Source of the DNA: Lama glama
Taxonomy: Eukaryota
Reading direction: 5' to 3'
NCBI GenBank assembly: GCA_028534125.1
Contig: CM052817.1
Span: 109,184,001 to 109,248,000 of the forward strand
Length of the DNA stretch: 64,000 bases
Below are positions 24,700 to 37,420 of the stretch, piece after piece. Numbering within the stretch: position 1 is the first letter of the stretch; each line of letters starts with the position of its first letter. The notes beneath the pieces are model-generated. The model ran no database searches and was not told where the DNA came from. It saw only the letters and a program-made list of their open reading frames with translations. A program made the translations under genes and the position numbers.

Positions 24700-25040
24700 G
24701 CCCTGGTGGAGGTCTGGGGAGAGGCAGACACTGAGGTGGGATGAGTCACACAGGACGTTACGTGTGGAGGGGCCAGAGGAAGTGGGGAGAGCCCTCAGGC
24801 TGTGACGCCCACGGTCTGACTTCTGCAGGAGAGGGGAGGGAGGGCACTGGACAGAGGATGCCAGACCATAAAATGGCTCCAAAGAACGTTTGACTGGGCC
24901 AGTGGGGAGTCTAGGACCAGAAGGGCCCACTGGAAGATCTCAGGTCTCCCTGGAGTGGGTCTGCCTGAGCACCCCACATGCAGTCACAGCTGGGAGCAGC
25001 CATGGTGACGGATGGCCCAGCTCTGCTTTGCAGGAGACCA
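24700..25040 (-). mobile_element. Old ERVL LTR (LTR33/LTR41-like) fragment
   Basis: gaggcagacactgaggtggga...cagtggggagtct...gcagtcacagctgggagcagcc resembles the remembered antisense LTR33 group. Heavily diverged. Confidence 0.45.
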
Positions 25041-25169
25041 GAGCAGCCCATTGTGACAGCTGCCTTGCAGCAACACCAGGGAGAGGCTCCACCAAATGGC
25101 CTTTGGGGGTGCTCCTTTACAGAAGAGACTAAAAATACAGGACCACAGTCAAGTTAGAGAATGATCCAC

Positions 25170-25420
25170 TAACTATGGTTACCAAAGGCAGGGGTAAATT
25201 AGGAGTTTGGGATTAACAGATACACACTACTGTACATAAAACAGATAAACAACAAAGACCTACTGTAGAGCACAGGGAGCTATATTCAATTTCTTATAAT
25301 AACATAAAATGGAAAAGAATCTGAAAGGAAAATATGTGTGTCTGTACATGTATCACTGAATCACTTTCCTGTACACCTGAAACTAACACTGTAAATCTAC
25401 TGCACGTCAATTAAAAAAAA
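25170..25420 (+). mobile_element. Cetartiodactyl/camelid L1 3' end
   Basis: ggttaccaaagg...ggagtttgggattaacagatacacactact...gcacagggagctatattcaa...acacctgaaactaacac, then poly(A). Confidence 0.9.
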
Positions 25421-25632
25421 TGAGTTGCTCTTCTAAGGGAAAACACTGATCATTATCATATCATTCTTGGCACGGGAATTTTAATCCAGTCATGATAAAG
25501 TTCTGCTTCTTGTTTGTACTTTTCGAAAATCAAAATAAAACCATAAAGCTGTGCAAGAAGATGCGAGAAACAGGTGAGAGTAGTGCTTACAACCGGCAGC
25601 CTTTCTCGACCCGGACGGCGTGGGCCACTCAC

Positions 25633-25900
25633 TTGAGCCGCGTCAGCAGAAGCCCTTTCGTCTCATTGGTCGTCGCTGATGTCTGTGGGTGGCCTGCCAC
25701 GTAAGCGGCCAGGCAGAAAGTCCTGCCTGAGGCTTCTCGTGTCAGTGAGCAGTCAGGCCCCAGCATCAAGATCTCCCTCAGTCCCCGGGCTTGTTTGCAG
25801 GTTGCGTTTTAACAATGTAGGCCACGGAAGACAGGGAGATGTATTGCCAGTGTTACTAGATTTATTTAGCAAGCAAGTTAAAGATGACTTGACTGAGACA
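25633..25900 (-). other. Candidate first/5' exon of a minus-strand transcript (5' boundary unknown)
   Basis: Unique CpG-retaining segment ending in donor CAA|GTGAGT (GT at 25632-25631). Contains an ATG-initiated frame open to the donor and a short uORF. Confidence 0.35.
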
Positions 25901-26369
25901 ACCTTTCCCAGGGACAAAACACACACACACAAAAACCCCATAAACACAGTGTCCTTAAGAAATTGCAAAGACCTGTGGGTCATAGGCTGACAAATCTCAT
26001 GCCAAGATCTTGGTATCTCCGTGTAAAAGTCTGAAACCCTGGCAGTTAGGATGGGCTTGGGGAAAACGGCTAACTATGGATATTGGGTTTCTTTCCTCCT
26101 TTAGAAAGATGATACTAACAAAAAGACTTGTGGATGACATGTGGGGAGGACCCTCAAGACTAGAGTAGATAAAAGTATCATTCCTGGAACCACTAAGGAA
26201 TAATTTCAAGTTACTGCAAAGGGAAAAAGTATAAACAAGAAAGATGCAAAGCGTGTTTTTATGAATGAGACCAATAGCTCTGTGTCACCCTACCCAGTGA
26301 TCAGGTTTCCATGACTCTCTTCGCCATTTTTTTTCCCCATTTTTCCTTTAACTGGAGCTTGTCCTCTTC

Positions 26370-26925
26370 ATATTGATTGAGTCCCAGCTGCATGCCAAGC
26401 GCTGTGCATGGACCTGAGGATACAGGCAGGAAAGCCAGTCCCTGACCTCTTGGAGCCTAACTTACAGGGAGACGGCACAGTCACTAATCAGACATACAGG
26501 TGAAGATAACATGTGCCCCAAATTATTAACAGCTGTGGGGAAAGTCACAGCTGTTAGAAAAGAAGATAGAAACTTTCCCCCAGAGTTAAGACATCATGAT
26601 GTTCACATTTTAAAAAAAGGAAAAGAAAGACTGTGGGGAAAAATAAAGCTAACAAGGGGTAGACCACGCAGAGGGAGGGGAAGGGACCATGCGACGCTGT
26701 TCCCTGGAGTGGAGGAGACAGCTCTTGGTGAGCAGACATCCCGGCAGAGACCTGATTGAGGTGAGGGAGCAGCACCTGCAAAAGTCTGGGAAAAGGTCCA
26801 CGGGAAGAGGAAACATCATAGGCTAAATGCCTGAGGGAGGGGCCTGGCTGACAAGTTCAAGGACCACTGAGGAGGCCAGCGTGGCTAACGGGAAGCGGAC
26901 AAGGGGCCGGTGGTGGAACATGCTC
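26370..26925 (-). mobile_element. L2 3' region fragment
   Basis: tgattgagtccc...gccaagcgctgtgc...gtccctgacctcttggagc...gagacctgattgaggtgagggagc...gaggaggccagcgtggct. Confidence 0.75.
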
Positions 26926-26971
26926 TTGGATAAAGCAGTCCTGTGATCTTCTTTGAACATAAATCCCTAGG

Positions 26972-27325
26972 CATCTTAATCAGTTTGAACTGCAAGAACA
27001 AAATACCATGCACTGGGCGGCTTCAACAACAAACATTTCTCACAGTTGGCTGGTAGTCCAAGGTCAGACACCAGGGCAGCTGGGCTCTGATGAGAGCCCC
27101 TCTCCTGGTTTGCAGACAGCCAGCTTCACGTCATGTCCTCACACGGCAGGGGGCAGGGAGACGCAGCAGGTCTCTGTGTCTCTTCCTACAAGGGCACCAG
27201 TCCCAGTCCTCAGGGCTCTACCCTTATGACCTAAGCATCCCTCAAAAGCCCCCCTTCTAATTCCATTTGGACATAGGATTTCAACATAGGAACTTAGAGG
27301 GAACACAGACATTCAGTCGATAATA
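26972..27325 (-). mobile_element. MLT1A-type MaLR LTR
   Basis: acaaaataccat...ctgggcggcttcaacaac...atttctcacagt...ggtttgcagacagcc...gatttcaacatagg...acacagacattcagtc. Confidence 0.85.
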
Positions 27326-30300
27326 CCAGGCATTCCTTGGTTTTATTGATCTTGTGGGACCTGGTGAGAAATCTGTCCAGGATATTTTGGAAGAATGTGA
27401 AGCGTGACTGACATCACAGACTGAGAGGTGCAGGTCTGGAAGCTGGAGAAGGAAGTGCTCCAACTCCAGCCCCTGGGAAGGGACAGCCACGGTGGCTGCA
27501 AGGTGCTTCCATTGACAGGGGTTCGGTTGAAGGATTTCTTGTTGATTCACTGCTGTCCACACTGCTCACCACCAGAACCGTTACTGCACAACCCTGTCTG
27601 GTCTCCTAAAAATCTTAAGGGTGACTTCACAATTTATGGTCCTTCAAAGTGTGGATTCTTTCAACCTTATGCACAAAACCTCCTCCAGAGTTCGGGCTTT
27701 CAGAACCCAAAAGCCTGAAAGAAAACATCTTTAGGCATTTCTTATGTTTTGCTCACATCACAGTTTAGCTCTGTCGTGGGAAGGGGCAAACGGTTCCTTT
27801 CTTCCCCGCATTGTTTCAGGACCAGTCGGGAGGTGGGCAGAGGTACCGGGAGAGAGCCGAAGGCCAGCTTCGTTCCCGGCAAAGCTGACTGGGGAGAGTG
27901 GTTTCAGATGTGTGGTCAAGTGGGCTTATAAACACTACCTCCTGGTAATCACTGACCCACTTAGTCATTGGGAGTTGGACAACCTCAGGTCTCGTCAGCA
28001 GGGGCAGAGCCCACGCAGAACGGGCACAGCAGGAGGGAGGGGAGGATGTGACGGGCTGTTTCCAGGAGACAGAGCCCGAGAGGGGCTCGGATCCTGCGCT
28101 GCTGATAAATTCCCTCTCCGCACCGCCCCCTCTGTGAGCTCGCATCCACATAGGAGGGAGGGGCCCAGAAGCATTTCTGTAGCCCAAGTCCCTGCACAGG
28201 GGAACATGGGACAGAGGAAAAGCACTCTCCCAGCATGAGCTCTGATTTGTCTGTGGCAGCAAAGCCAAAGGTAACTTAATATTTCAGTGACTCGTTCTGC
28301 CCAAACTGTAGCCTTTACAAGTACAGCAACTTAAACAAACAAACAAATAAACAAACAATAAACAAAACCTGCAGCTCACGGGAGGTCTTCAGTATATCCT
28401 TATTATGCACGCCTGCGTGAACAGCTGAACTGTGACTTTCATTTCATTTCATTTATTTTATTTCCCCACACAGATGCCTGCAAATGACTCACTTTGATTC
28501 ATAAGTTAAAGTGGAATTTCCTTGTCCCAGAATCCGATGCCTCACTCCATTCCAAGCAAAGGGTCCGGGGAGACCTGGTGACCTTCACGTTCATTTCTGA
28601 CTGTTTGGGTTGCTTGTCTTCCTGTCCCCATTCTGCCTGTCCTTCAAAATCCAGTTCAAATTTCACTTTTCCCCCATAACTTCCTAATTAAACTGCACAT
28701 GGTTTTCATCTTACCCCAGAGTGCTATAACTTATACTGACTTGTGCAACTCAATTGTTATTTTTCAAATATTGCCTGGTGTGGCAGTGGAATTTTCCCAT
28801 TGTCTGCGTCTTTCCTCTTAGATGAGTAAGATTCTGGAGGGTAGGAAACACCTACGTGTTCTAGCTCACCTTTTCTGCGGGCTCCCACCCTGGAGGGGCA
28901 CCGAGCAGTACCAGCTGCTGCACGGTCTCGCCGACTGTCGTCTGTCAGCCAGAGTGTCCTGTGCTGGGTCATTTCCTGCCTGTCGTCTGTGCTTGATACC
29001 CAGCGGAACACCCTTGACAGCCATCTGCGCTTCCCACTCAAGCCGCCTTGTGATCAGACATCCTCCAAAGCAAGTCGGATTTAAACTCCTGCCAGGTGTG
29101 GCCCCTGTCCAGGCAGAGATGCCCGTTTCCCTAAGGCGATTCTGAGACATTATTCTTCCTCAATCTCAGCATGTAATTCAATGATTATTATTGTTACTAG
29201 CACATCAATGGAAATTAACACATAATTTTAACTCAGTTTAATTTTGCACATTACAGGACATCTTCTCCTTGGTTTAGTTTCAGAATATGGCTATGTGATT
29301 GGGTGTAAGTGAGAGCATGCATTTTTACATTTTTGGAGGGCATCCTGCAGTGGTATCACATGCAAAAAAATGTGTAAAATCTTGGTTAATATGTTCCATT
29401 TCTGTATGGTAAAGAAATAGTCAGAAATACGTGCAAAATTTACTTTAGTGTCGTTTACCTTGATTTTATTTATAAGGGTTCAAAGCTGAAAGCTAGTTCT
29501 AAGTGAAGAAACAGAAACTGACAAAATTCTCATAGATGTTTTATACACTGTGTATGCGTGTTCTGTATAAATTATGTGGTTACGTATGTTTTTATGTACT
29601 TAACACAAAATAATTTTATCTACATGTGGATAAGTTATACTTAAAAATGGCTGATGAACACCGTGGATGGCATACCACAATAAAAAAATGTGAAATACGT
29701 AAACATGCAAACAAAATGAAGCAAAGTCTAAAACATGCCCTCAAAGGTAACACTGCGTTTATCCCTTGGAGAGTGGGCTGACAATGCGTTTTTCATTTCT
29801 TTCATTCAATTACTATCATCCTGTGTTTACTTTTGTTAGCTTGGGTTGCTTTGGAAATGATTTTAAATTTAAAACATAAGTATTAAAGTATGTTATTATC
29901 AAGAGAGTTTGAAAAAGATTTGTACATTCAATCAATTTACTTACGGCTGTGAATACTCAATTAACTGTGGGTGGTGGGGCTGTGACATGGGGCTGCCATA
30001 CCTTTGTGTACGTGGGCTCTAGATTGTAAGAAAGAAAAAGATTACCAGGATTTGAGAAATATCCTCTACCTGCATCCACTGGGGCAAGTCCACCCTTTCC
30101 TAGAAGCTAACGCTCCATGCCCAGGGATCGGCTGCGTGGTCTGTGCAATTTTATTTGCCTCCTCCGAGCGACAGGCATCCTAATTTGTCACGAGGATGCC
30201 CTCTGTGCTGTAGGGGTCGTAGAGTTAATGACAGGCATGGTTTACAGGAAGTTTTCTCCCCTTTTACAAACAATGATAAACTGTCATATTTTGCTTATTA

Positions 30301-30534
30301 TAAAGAAGTTTGAAATAACAATGGAAAAATAAATATTTTAAGAAGAGAATTAAGGCCTTCAGAGCAAGAGACTGGATATGTGTTTATAGAAGTCTGTAGA
30401 CATTGTAACAAGAGTTACTATTTTCATGGAATCTTTCTTCCTGGCTTCATGAAGTCATTTTAAACAATAATCAGTTCAGAGTTGCGGTGGATTTGGTAAA
30501 CAGCTTCCTGTTCTGCCATTCTTTAGTGCCTCAG

Positions 30535-30665
30535 CCATTCATTTATTCATGTCCTACAGATTTTTATGCATACTTAATGAGCACCTACTGTATGTTCCCA
30601 ACACCGTGTTGAGGTTTAGCAGGGAACAGTTACTCATAAGCCAGGCTCTTAAGGACTTGAGGATT
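30535..30665 (-). mobile_element. L2 3' terminus
   Basis: cattcatttattcat...taatgagcacctactgtatg. Confidence 0.65.
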
Positions 30666-32941
30666 CCGATTCACATTCACACGGTTTACACTGCGAGCGA
30701 GCATCCTTGGTGTTTAGCACATCCATGCACACACCTGTGGGGCTTTACACGGGTTGCTCTGGAAAGAAATAGAAAGTGCAGGATCCCCCAGGGTGGTCCT
30801 GCCCATCACAGCCGTCTCCAAACAGGCCAGGGCTTCAAAGACCTGAGCTGCCCAGCTCCACTCACAGCGGGGACTCCTGGGACTCGGTGTTTGGGGGTCC
30901 TCAGCCGGCTGAGTCCTCCACGTCTCGCTGTTTTCCCCGCAATCTGCCCAATACGGAAATCCCTGGAGGCACAGCCTCATCCCGCCTCTTGCTTTAATGC
31001 CCCCCACGACTCTGGCTTCTCTGCAGCTCAGAGCCTCTTCTTGGAAGGCAGCTTGGGCCCTCACCTTCAACGTCCCTTCTTCAAGAAACCACCTCTGGTT
31101 TCACCACCCGAGTTTGGTCTCTAACCCCCTCCGCCCTCCCTGCCGGCGCCGCTCCTGACAGTGGTCCAGCCCGTGAACATCTTGTTACTCGTCCTGAGTT
31201 GTCCTCAGTCCCATCAGACCGGAAACTGCTTGTTCTTCACTATTTAATCCCACTGCCCAGCAAAACTGACAGACCACAACAATGCGCTCTGTAACTTTTT
31301 TGAATGAAAAAAATGAATCAACTAATTGGCTAACTAAGGACACCCTCCCCCCTTTTCCAAAAGTTCGCTTTATGCCACCTGCTTTTAGCAAAGATCTGCA
31401 TTAGCACGTGCTTTTGCATGGAAAGATATCTGAAAAGGAATTTTGCTTTTATGAAAAAAAGAGCAGAATGTGAAAACAGTGTTCAGTGTTTGTTTGGCAG
31501 TGAGCTGAGCTGTTACAGACTCAGCCCACGCAGTCAGAGGGACCCGCCAACCTCCTTCCCGGGAATGACCTCAGCATCTCGGCGTCAGGCCCCACAGCTG
31601 TGACCTGTGTTGCGAGCAGTGTGATCTGTCTTGTGCCTCCGTTAGCAAGAGGTGTCCTGGGGTAACTGCTCCTTCGCTGTACGCCATTTCAGCTTGCGGA
31701 AGATTTCCTGGGGTATGACCAACTTCAGGACAGCAAGGGAAACCTGCATTCAGTTTAAAGTAAACTCAAAGAGGTTAATGATCTTTTCCAAGGTCAACGT
31801 TTGAATTTGGATTTGCCTGACATTAAAGCTCAGGCTGTGTCCACAGAAAACAAGCCCTTCCTGATGTAATGAAATTGAATTTCTTATCTGCCGACTTCAA
31901 TCCTGAGTGGCATTGTATTCTGCACCTCTGGAAGGGAAAAAATTGGGAGGAGAGTGGTTGCCAGGCAACCGAGGCACCAGGATGTCCTGATTGCAGCATA
32001 ATCAGCTGGAATCTGGCAAACCTCCCAGGATTAGAGTAACAGGAGTAATTATTCATCTGTCCTCTAATATCTGTCAGGGTTGCCCTGACTTAAGGTCTCA
32101 CACGCTAAAATTGTAAACACTATTTCCAATTTCACATCATCCAAAATGTAATTATGTTCTTTAGGATAATTTAAAAGTCTGTGTGCTAATGAGTTAATCT
32201 ATTGATGAATTTACCCCCAATTACAATATCAGTCCTGGGAGAGTTTCTACATGAACCATGACTTTTTTTAAAAAGGAAGTTTTCCTGATCTTAAGACAAT
32301 TATATTTCACCTGTATAAAGTCACATATCTAGACAAATTATCTAAATATAACTAGTAATTCCGATTTGGTTTAGTAGTGGGTTTAAGATTATAACTGTTC
32401 CACCAGTCTGACATCCCGTGTAAGGTATGAGGCCAGCCACGCAGAGCACACAGAAGGGGTTCCAGAACCTCTGTGTAAGCTGAGGTGCTCGCTGGAAGTG
32501 CACGCGGCTTGAAACTGAAGTGGCTGGGGAAGGTGAGGCCGGTGAGAGTTGTGCCCCGTTCCCCCCTCCCAGCACACCCTGCAGCAGCAGGAAGGGATCA
32601 GAGCTCCGTGTTCATGTCAAGACTGGCGAGGAGTCTCTATTGACCCCCAAGAACTTACTCTGGGCCCTGCACTTGGGGGACAATGTGAGCTGGTGGCTGA
32701 TACCCAAGGATCTCAATTGTCCGAAGCTCCTGGAAGTGACCTTTCATAGCAGTGCTGGTGTTGTGTTTTGGAGAGAAGCTGCACTGAATCTGAGGACACT
32801 TCTAAGACGTGTGTGCTCCTGCGGGCCTGTGGGCCGCACTCGAGGGGGGCGGGAGGGGTTCTGTGATGGACGTCTTGTGTGGGAGGGTCACGGGAAGGGG
32901 CAGAAAGCCCCCCTGAGAAGGACGCTCAGAATGTATGGCCG

Positions 32942-33486
32942 TGAGACAGGAGGGAAGGGGGTGGGGCACAGCCATCCAAGGACTGATGTGGCCAGTGGCA
33001 CCAAGATGGCAGAAGAGTCAACTCCCAGCAGGCCTTGAGCTTCAGTTACACCCCATGTGATACAGTAACGTGGTAAATGGTCCTCTCACAGTTTCAAGCT
33101 TGATCATAAAATGTCAAAAGTGGGGAGTGGCCCACTTCCTGGGAACCCCCCACCCCTTCCCAAAAATAGTTGGAAAAGTCCTTCCACCTGTTGGCACATG
33201 AAGTTATCAAGCCCATAAAAACTAACAGCCCCGCCCCTCGTGGCTGATCCCACCTTCCTTGCTGACCCCGTGCTCGGAGGCCACAGCTCTTCGTTCCAGG
33301 AAGACAGCCCATGTTCTGTCTCTGGGGTGCACATCTCTGAATAAATCTACCTTCACTCAGCTGTGGCTCACTCTAGAAGTCTTCTCTTTGTGAAGCCAAG
33401 GACCCACACTTGTCAGGGGACATCCCAGGGACGCGCCTGGGACCTGGGACACAGCCATCCTCTCACCCCACATTTTCCCTGTGTCA
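32942..33486 (+). mobile_element. MER41-like ERV1 solo LTR
   Basis: TG...CA termini and AATAAA at about 33340. The core aaaagtggggagtggcccacttcctgggaacccccaccccttcccaaaaatag...cccataaaaact is collinear with the remembered MER41 tandem-GAS/TATA region. Confidence 0.8.
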
Positions 33487-34694
33487 GTAGGGGCTGGAAA
33501 AGGGGTCACAAATGCCACCTGGAAAACACAGCTCGTAGTCACAGGAGGTGGGGGGATGTCTGTAATGGCTCCAGGGAGAAGGCGCCTGGATTCACTGAAT
33601 CAAAGGGGAAAGCAATGGCAGCCCCTCCCCACCGCAGGTGTCTGGAGCAGCGCCAGGATTGAGAGAGACCTTCGCCTGTCAGTCATCCCTCAAGCTGAGA
33701 CCGTCACACCTGGCAGACGCTGTCGGTACTAAACAGAGTCTGCTCATGACAGCAAAGCGGCTGAAGGCCTTTTCACTGTGAGAGGGCCCAGGAAAGGTCA
33801 GGAGCACCTTGGGTACCTGGGAGAAAGACCCATGGGGGGCTTTGTGTCTTGTGATTCCTGCCCCTCAGACCACTGTTTCCTGTGTCTTCCTGATGGAAGC
33901 GCTCCAGGCTTAGCCTGACTCGATTTTTGACATAAGTTCACACCCTCCGTAAGTGGATTTCCTGGAGATAGAAAAATAAATGGTGGGTGGGAGGGAGGTA
34001 ATGGGGTAAAGAGTCATGTCACAAGGAAACACAGGGACAAAAATCACCCACAGCGGACACCACCCAGGCTCTCTAACATTAATGAGCTTTCATCAGATGC
34101 AATCAGTCTCATTAACCTGAGCTAACCAAGTGGAACTAATGTGGGGTCGTCTGTGCGCAGGGCTTCCTGGCATCCAGGACACAGCCAGCGCCTCCCCCGC
34201 GGGCTGGGAGGGGGCTGGGCGGGGGCTCGCGGTTGAAGCAGCCTTGCCTCTTCCCCCGGTGAGCCGCTCAGACCTGATTGCTCACCACACTAGTCCCAAC
34301 TTGTAAAAGGTTGAGATGGAATCTTCTAGGCAATCCTTTGAACTGAATATTAATAGTCCCATTTTATTCAGTCCCACTCAGACTGACTTTGGAGCCAGTG
34401 CACTTAACAAGGACCAGACATTGCCTTTTTTCACTGAATAAATATTGAATTAATACTTAATAATTTAATGAATTAATAAATGACAAAATCCATGGAAAAA
34501 AAGGAAGATTGTTAAAGTTAAGAGCAATGAATTGTTTGAAAGATGTTTGGTCACAAATTAGAATGCATTTAAGCTAATATGGGTAAGAAAAAGCTCTTGA
34601 AGTGAAGACCAGGAAGGGCAAGCACTTAGCAACAGGTGAGGCTGTATTTATACACAATAAACCCACAGCGTCGGAGCCACACTGCAAACTGCTG

Positions 34695-34830
34695 CCTGCC
34701 GGCACGTGATCTGGGCAGATTCTCCTTAACGTACATATCAGTGTTCATGGTACCCTAGGAGCGTTGAATGAGATTATGCAGGTAAAATGCTTACAGTTTT
34801 AATAAGCGTTCAATGGTAGTTATTATTACC
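34695..34830 (+). mobile_element. MIR 3' fragment
   Basis: gtgatctgggcagatt...tgaatgagattatgcaggtaaaatgctta...taagcgttcaatggtagttattatta. Confidence 0.6.
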
Positions 34831-35014
34831 GTCATGTCCACATTTTTTTAAATGCTATAATAATAGCAAATAGTTTGCATTTCAAAACATTATCAAGATA
34901 AATTTCCATAAAGATCAAGATTATAATCAATATATGAAAAATGTCTACATGTGAATCATTTTTCTGCCCTTCTATACGATGACAATACAGGGGAAAAGAA
35001 GACTGATCAAAAGC

Positions 35015-35185
35015 CAAGTGACTAAGCCCTGTGACTTTGGTCAGCTAACAACCTCTCTAATCTGTATTTTCTTCATATAGTAAATAGAATAATAACTACT
35101 GTACCTGGGAAGGTTGTGAAAAAAAAAATGGGAGTGAGACCATAAAGGTTAATGTGTTTTGTAAACTGTGAAGGAATGCACAAAC
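35015..35185 (+). mobile_element. MIR fragment
   Basis: tgtgactttggtcagctaacaacctctctaatctgtattttcttcatatagtaaatagaataataa. Confidence 0.65.
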
Positions 35186-35211
35186 TACTTTAGTGTACAG
35201 AAGAAACGTAC

Positions 35212-35478
35212 CTGCGTGGTAGAAAAGACCTTATGATTCTCATCCTGTGAAAGGTTAGTGGTCCAGTCACTGCATGCAGCATCACCAAGGAGATGCCGTC
35301 TCTGTGTGAAGATGGAGTGGGTAGCGTACAGGGTGTCAGGGTGCAGGGTCAGGCCAATGGTGTGCCAGTAAATCATCGACAATGGACTGTCGTGGGAGGG
35401 CTGACTTAAGTGTTTGCCAGTTTCTGCTGCATAACTGCTTCCCCACCTTGGCTGATCTAAGGTACCGATGTGATGGAA
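35212..35478 (-). other. Candidate 267-nt cassette exon
   Basis: Acceptor ctcccttttcAG (AG at 35480-35479), donor CAG|GTACGT (GT at 35211-35210). Length divisible by 3 with one fully open frame. No recognisable protein similarity. Confidence 0.3.
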
Positions 35479-36224
35479 CTGAAAAGGGAGTCTGCGGTAC
35501 ACGCACTTAATGGGCGATCTTGAATCAGTGTAGTTGAGTCCCAGTAAAACATTGGTTTGGGGCACACACTTAGAAGAAAAAATCACTATTATTTTCCTGT
35601 CCAAAAAAGAACCCAAGGGAGATTCTCCTTGTAGGAAGAAATGGTCAGAACCCAAACCACATTTGCTATCTTTCCACCCCACAACTAGAGGATCTCGGAA
35701 AATGATAGTGAAGCTTTATCCCTCCATAGTGCTACGTGTTATTTAGGAAAATCTCAGTTGCAAAAAGTCTCCCTGCCCTCCTCCAGGGAATGTTCCTTCA
35801 CATTCTGGCAGTAATGAGCTCTGTTTCCATTGTCTTGATGTTAGTCAGCAATTCCTTTTCCACTTCTTGTTTTTTGACAAAGATGCAATTGTTGCCACTG
35901 TCCCTACATTTCCTTCTTTTTCTGGATGGATGTAATTGTTTTGCTGGCTATAACAATGTTTCTTTGACTTTTTGAGTATGAAGGGACACAGGAAATTTAA
36001 AGCTTTGGCTGAAGTTATCTTTTTTTCCAAATATAAGATTGTTCTTCTTGTATAGCGTGTTTCTCACACAGACAGTGAGTTTGGGAGCCGTGACTTCGTG
36101 ATGCACATGTTCATAGAACATCCTGGTCAAACCTGTGAGTCTTGGCAGTGAAAAGGAGACACAAATCTAGGAGGGAAGGTTAAAACGCATGGATGCTATA
36201 CAATATTGAAGATCTGACCCAAGA

Positions 36225-37420
36225 ACAAAGTCATCCATAAGCTGGACTTCATTAAAGTTAAAAACCCTGCTCAGTGAAAGACAACATCAAGACAATTAGA
36301 AGAGTAGACTGGGAGAAAATATTTGCAAAAGACACATCTGATAAATAAGTGTTGTCCCAACTCTATACAAAAAACTCTTAAAAATCAACAAGAAAACAAA
36401 CAATGCAAGTAAAACATGGGCCCCAAATTGTAGAAGACACCTCACCAGAAAAGATGTACAGATGGCAAAAAGTGCACGTGGAAAGATGCTCCAGATTGTG
36501 TGTCATCAGTGAGATGCAAATGAAAACAACGAGATGCCACAATGTACTTATTAGGTTGGCCAAAATCCAGAACACTGACAGCACAAAGTGCTGGCAAGGA
36601 TGGGGAGCAACAGGAACCCCCACTCACGGCTGGTCCAGTCACTTTGGAAGACGTTGGGGGCAGTTTCTTACAAAACTAGTAATTCTTCAACACGTGACTC
36701 AGCAATTACATTCCTTGGTGTTTACTCAAAGGAGTTGAAAGCTGATGTCCACACAAAAACCTGCACACACATGTTCATCATGTAAATATTTTAAGTGTTT
36801 ATAGAACATTTATTCATAATTGCCAAAACTTGGAAGCAGCTTAGATGTCCTTCAGTGGGACAATGGATGAATAAATTGGCACAGCCAGGCAATGGAATAT
36901 TATTCAGCGCTAAAAAGAAATGAGCTAATGAGCTATTGAGCCATGAAAAGAAAGGGAGGAGCCCTAAACACATATTACACCGTGAAGAAGCCCAACAGAA
37001 GGGGCGACGTTGTTAATGATTCTAAATGTAGAACGTTGTGGAAAAGGCAAAGCTACGGAGGTAATGAAAAGGTCCTTGGTCCCCAGGGGTGGTGGAGGGG
37101 TGAGCTGAATGGGCAAAAATTCAGGGGCATTTTAGGGCAGTGAAAATACCTTGTGTGATTATGATGATGGACACATGTCATGATACGTTGTCTAACCCCA
37201 AAGAAGATTCAGCACCACGAGTGGATCCTAAGATCAACTAGGGGTTTGGGGCAACTGTAATGTATCAGTGCAGGCTCATTCGTGGTTCCGTTCTGGTGAG
37301 GGATGCTGGGCTGGGGCAGGATATGCGTGAGAGGGAGCAGGGGCTGTAGGGGACATCTCTGTACCCCCTCCTTCAGCTTTGTGGTGATCCTAAACCTGCC
37401 TTAAACATGAAGTTTAAAAG
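36225..37420 (+). mobile_element. L1MC-type element, ORF2 3' end plus 3' UTR
   Basis: gactgggagaaaatatttgcaaaa, gagatgcaaatgaaaacaacgagatgccac, gtccacacaaaaacctgcacac, ggaatattattcagcgctaaaaagaaatgagct, and L1MC 3' UTR. Confidence 0.92.

Noticed and set aside
30549..31124. 191-aa ORF on the + strand
   Set aside because: Starts inside an L2 tail, has no domain-like features and no splice context.
32520..33038. 172-aa ORF on the + strand
   Set aside because: Non-ATG start, runs into an LTR, no recognisable protein features.
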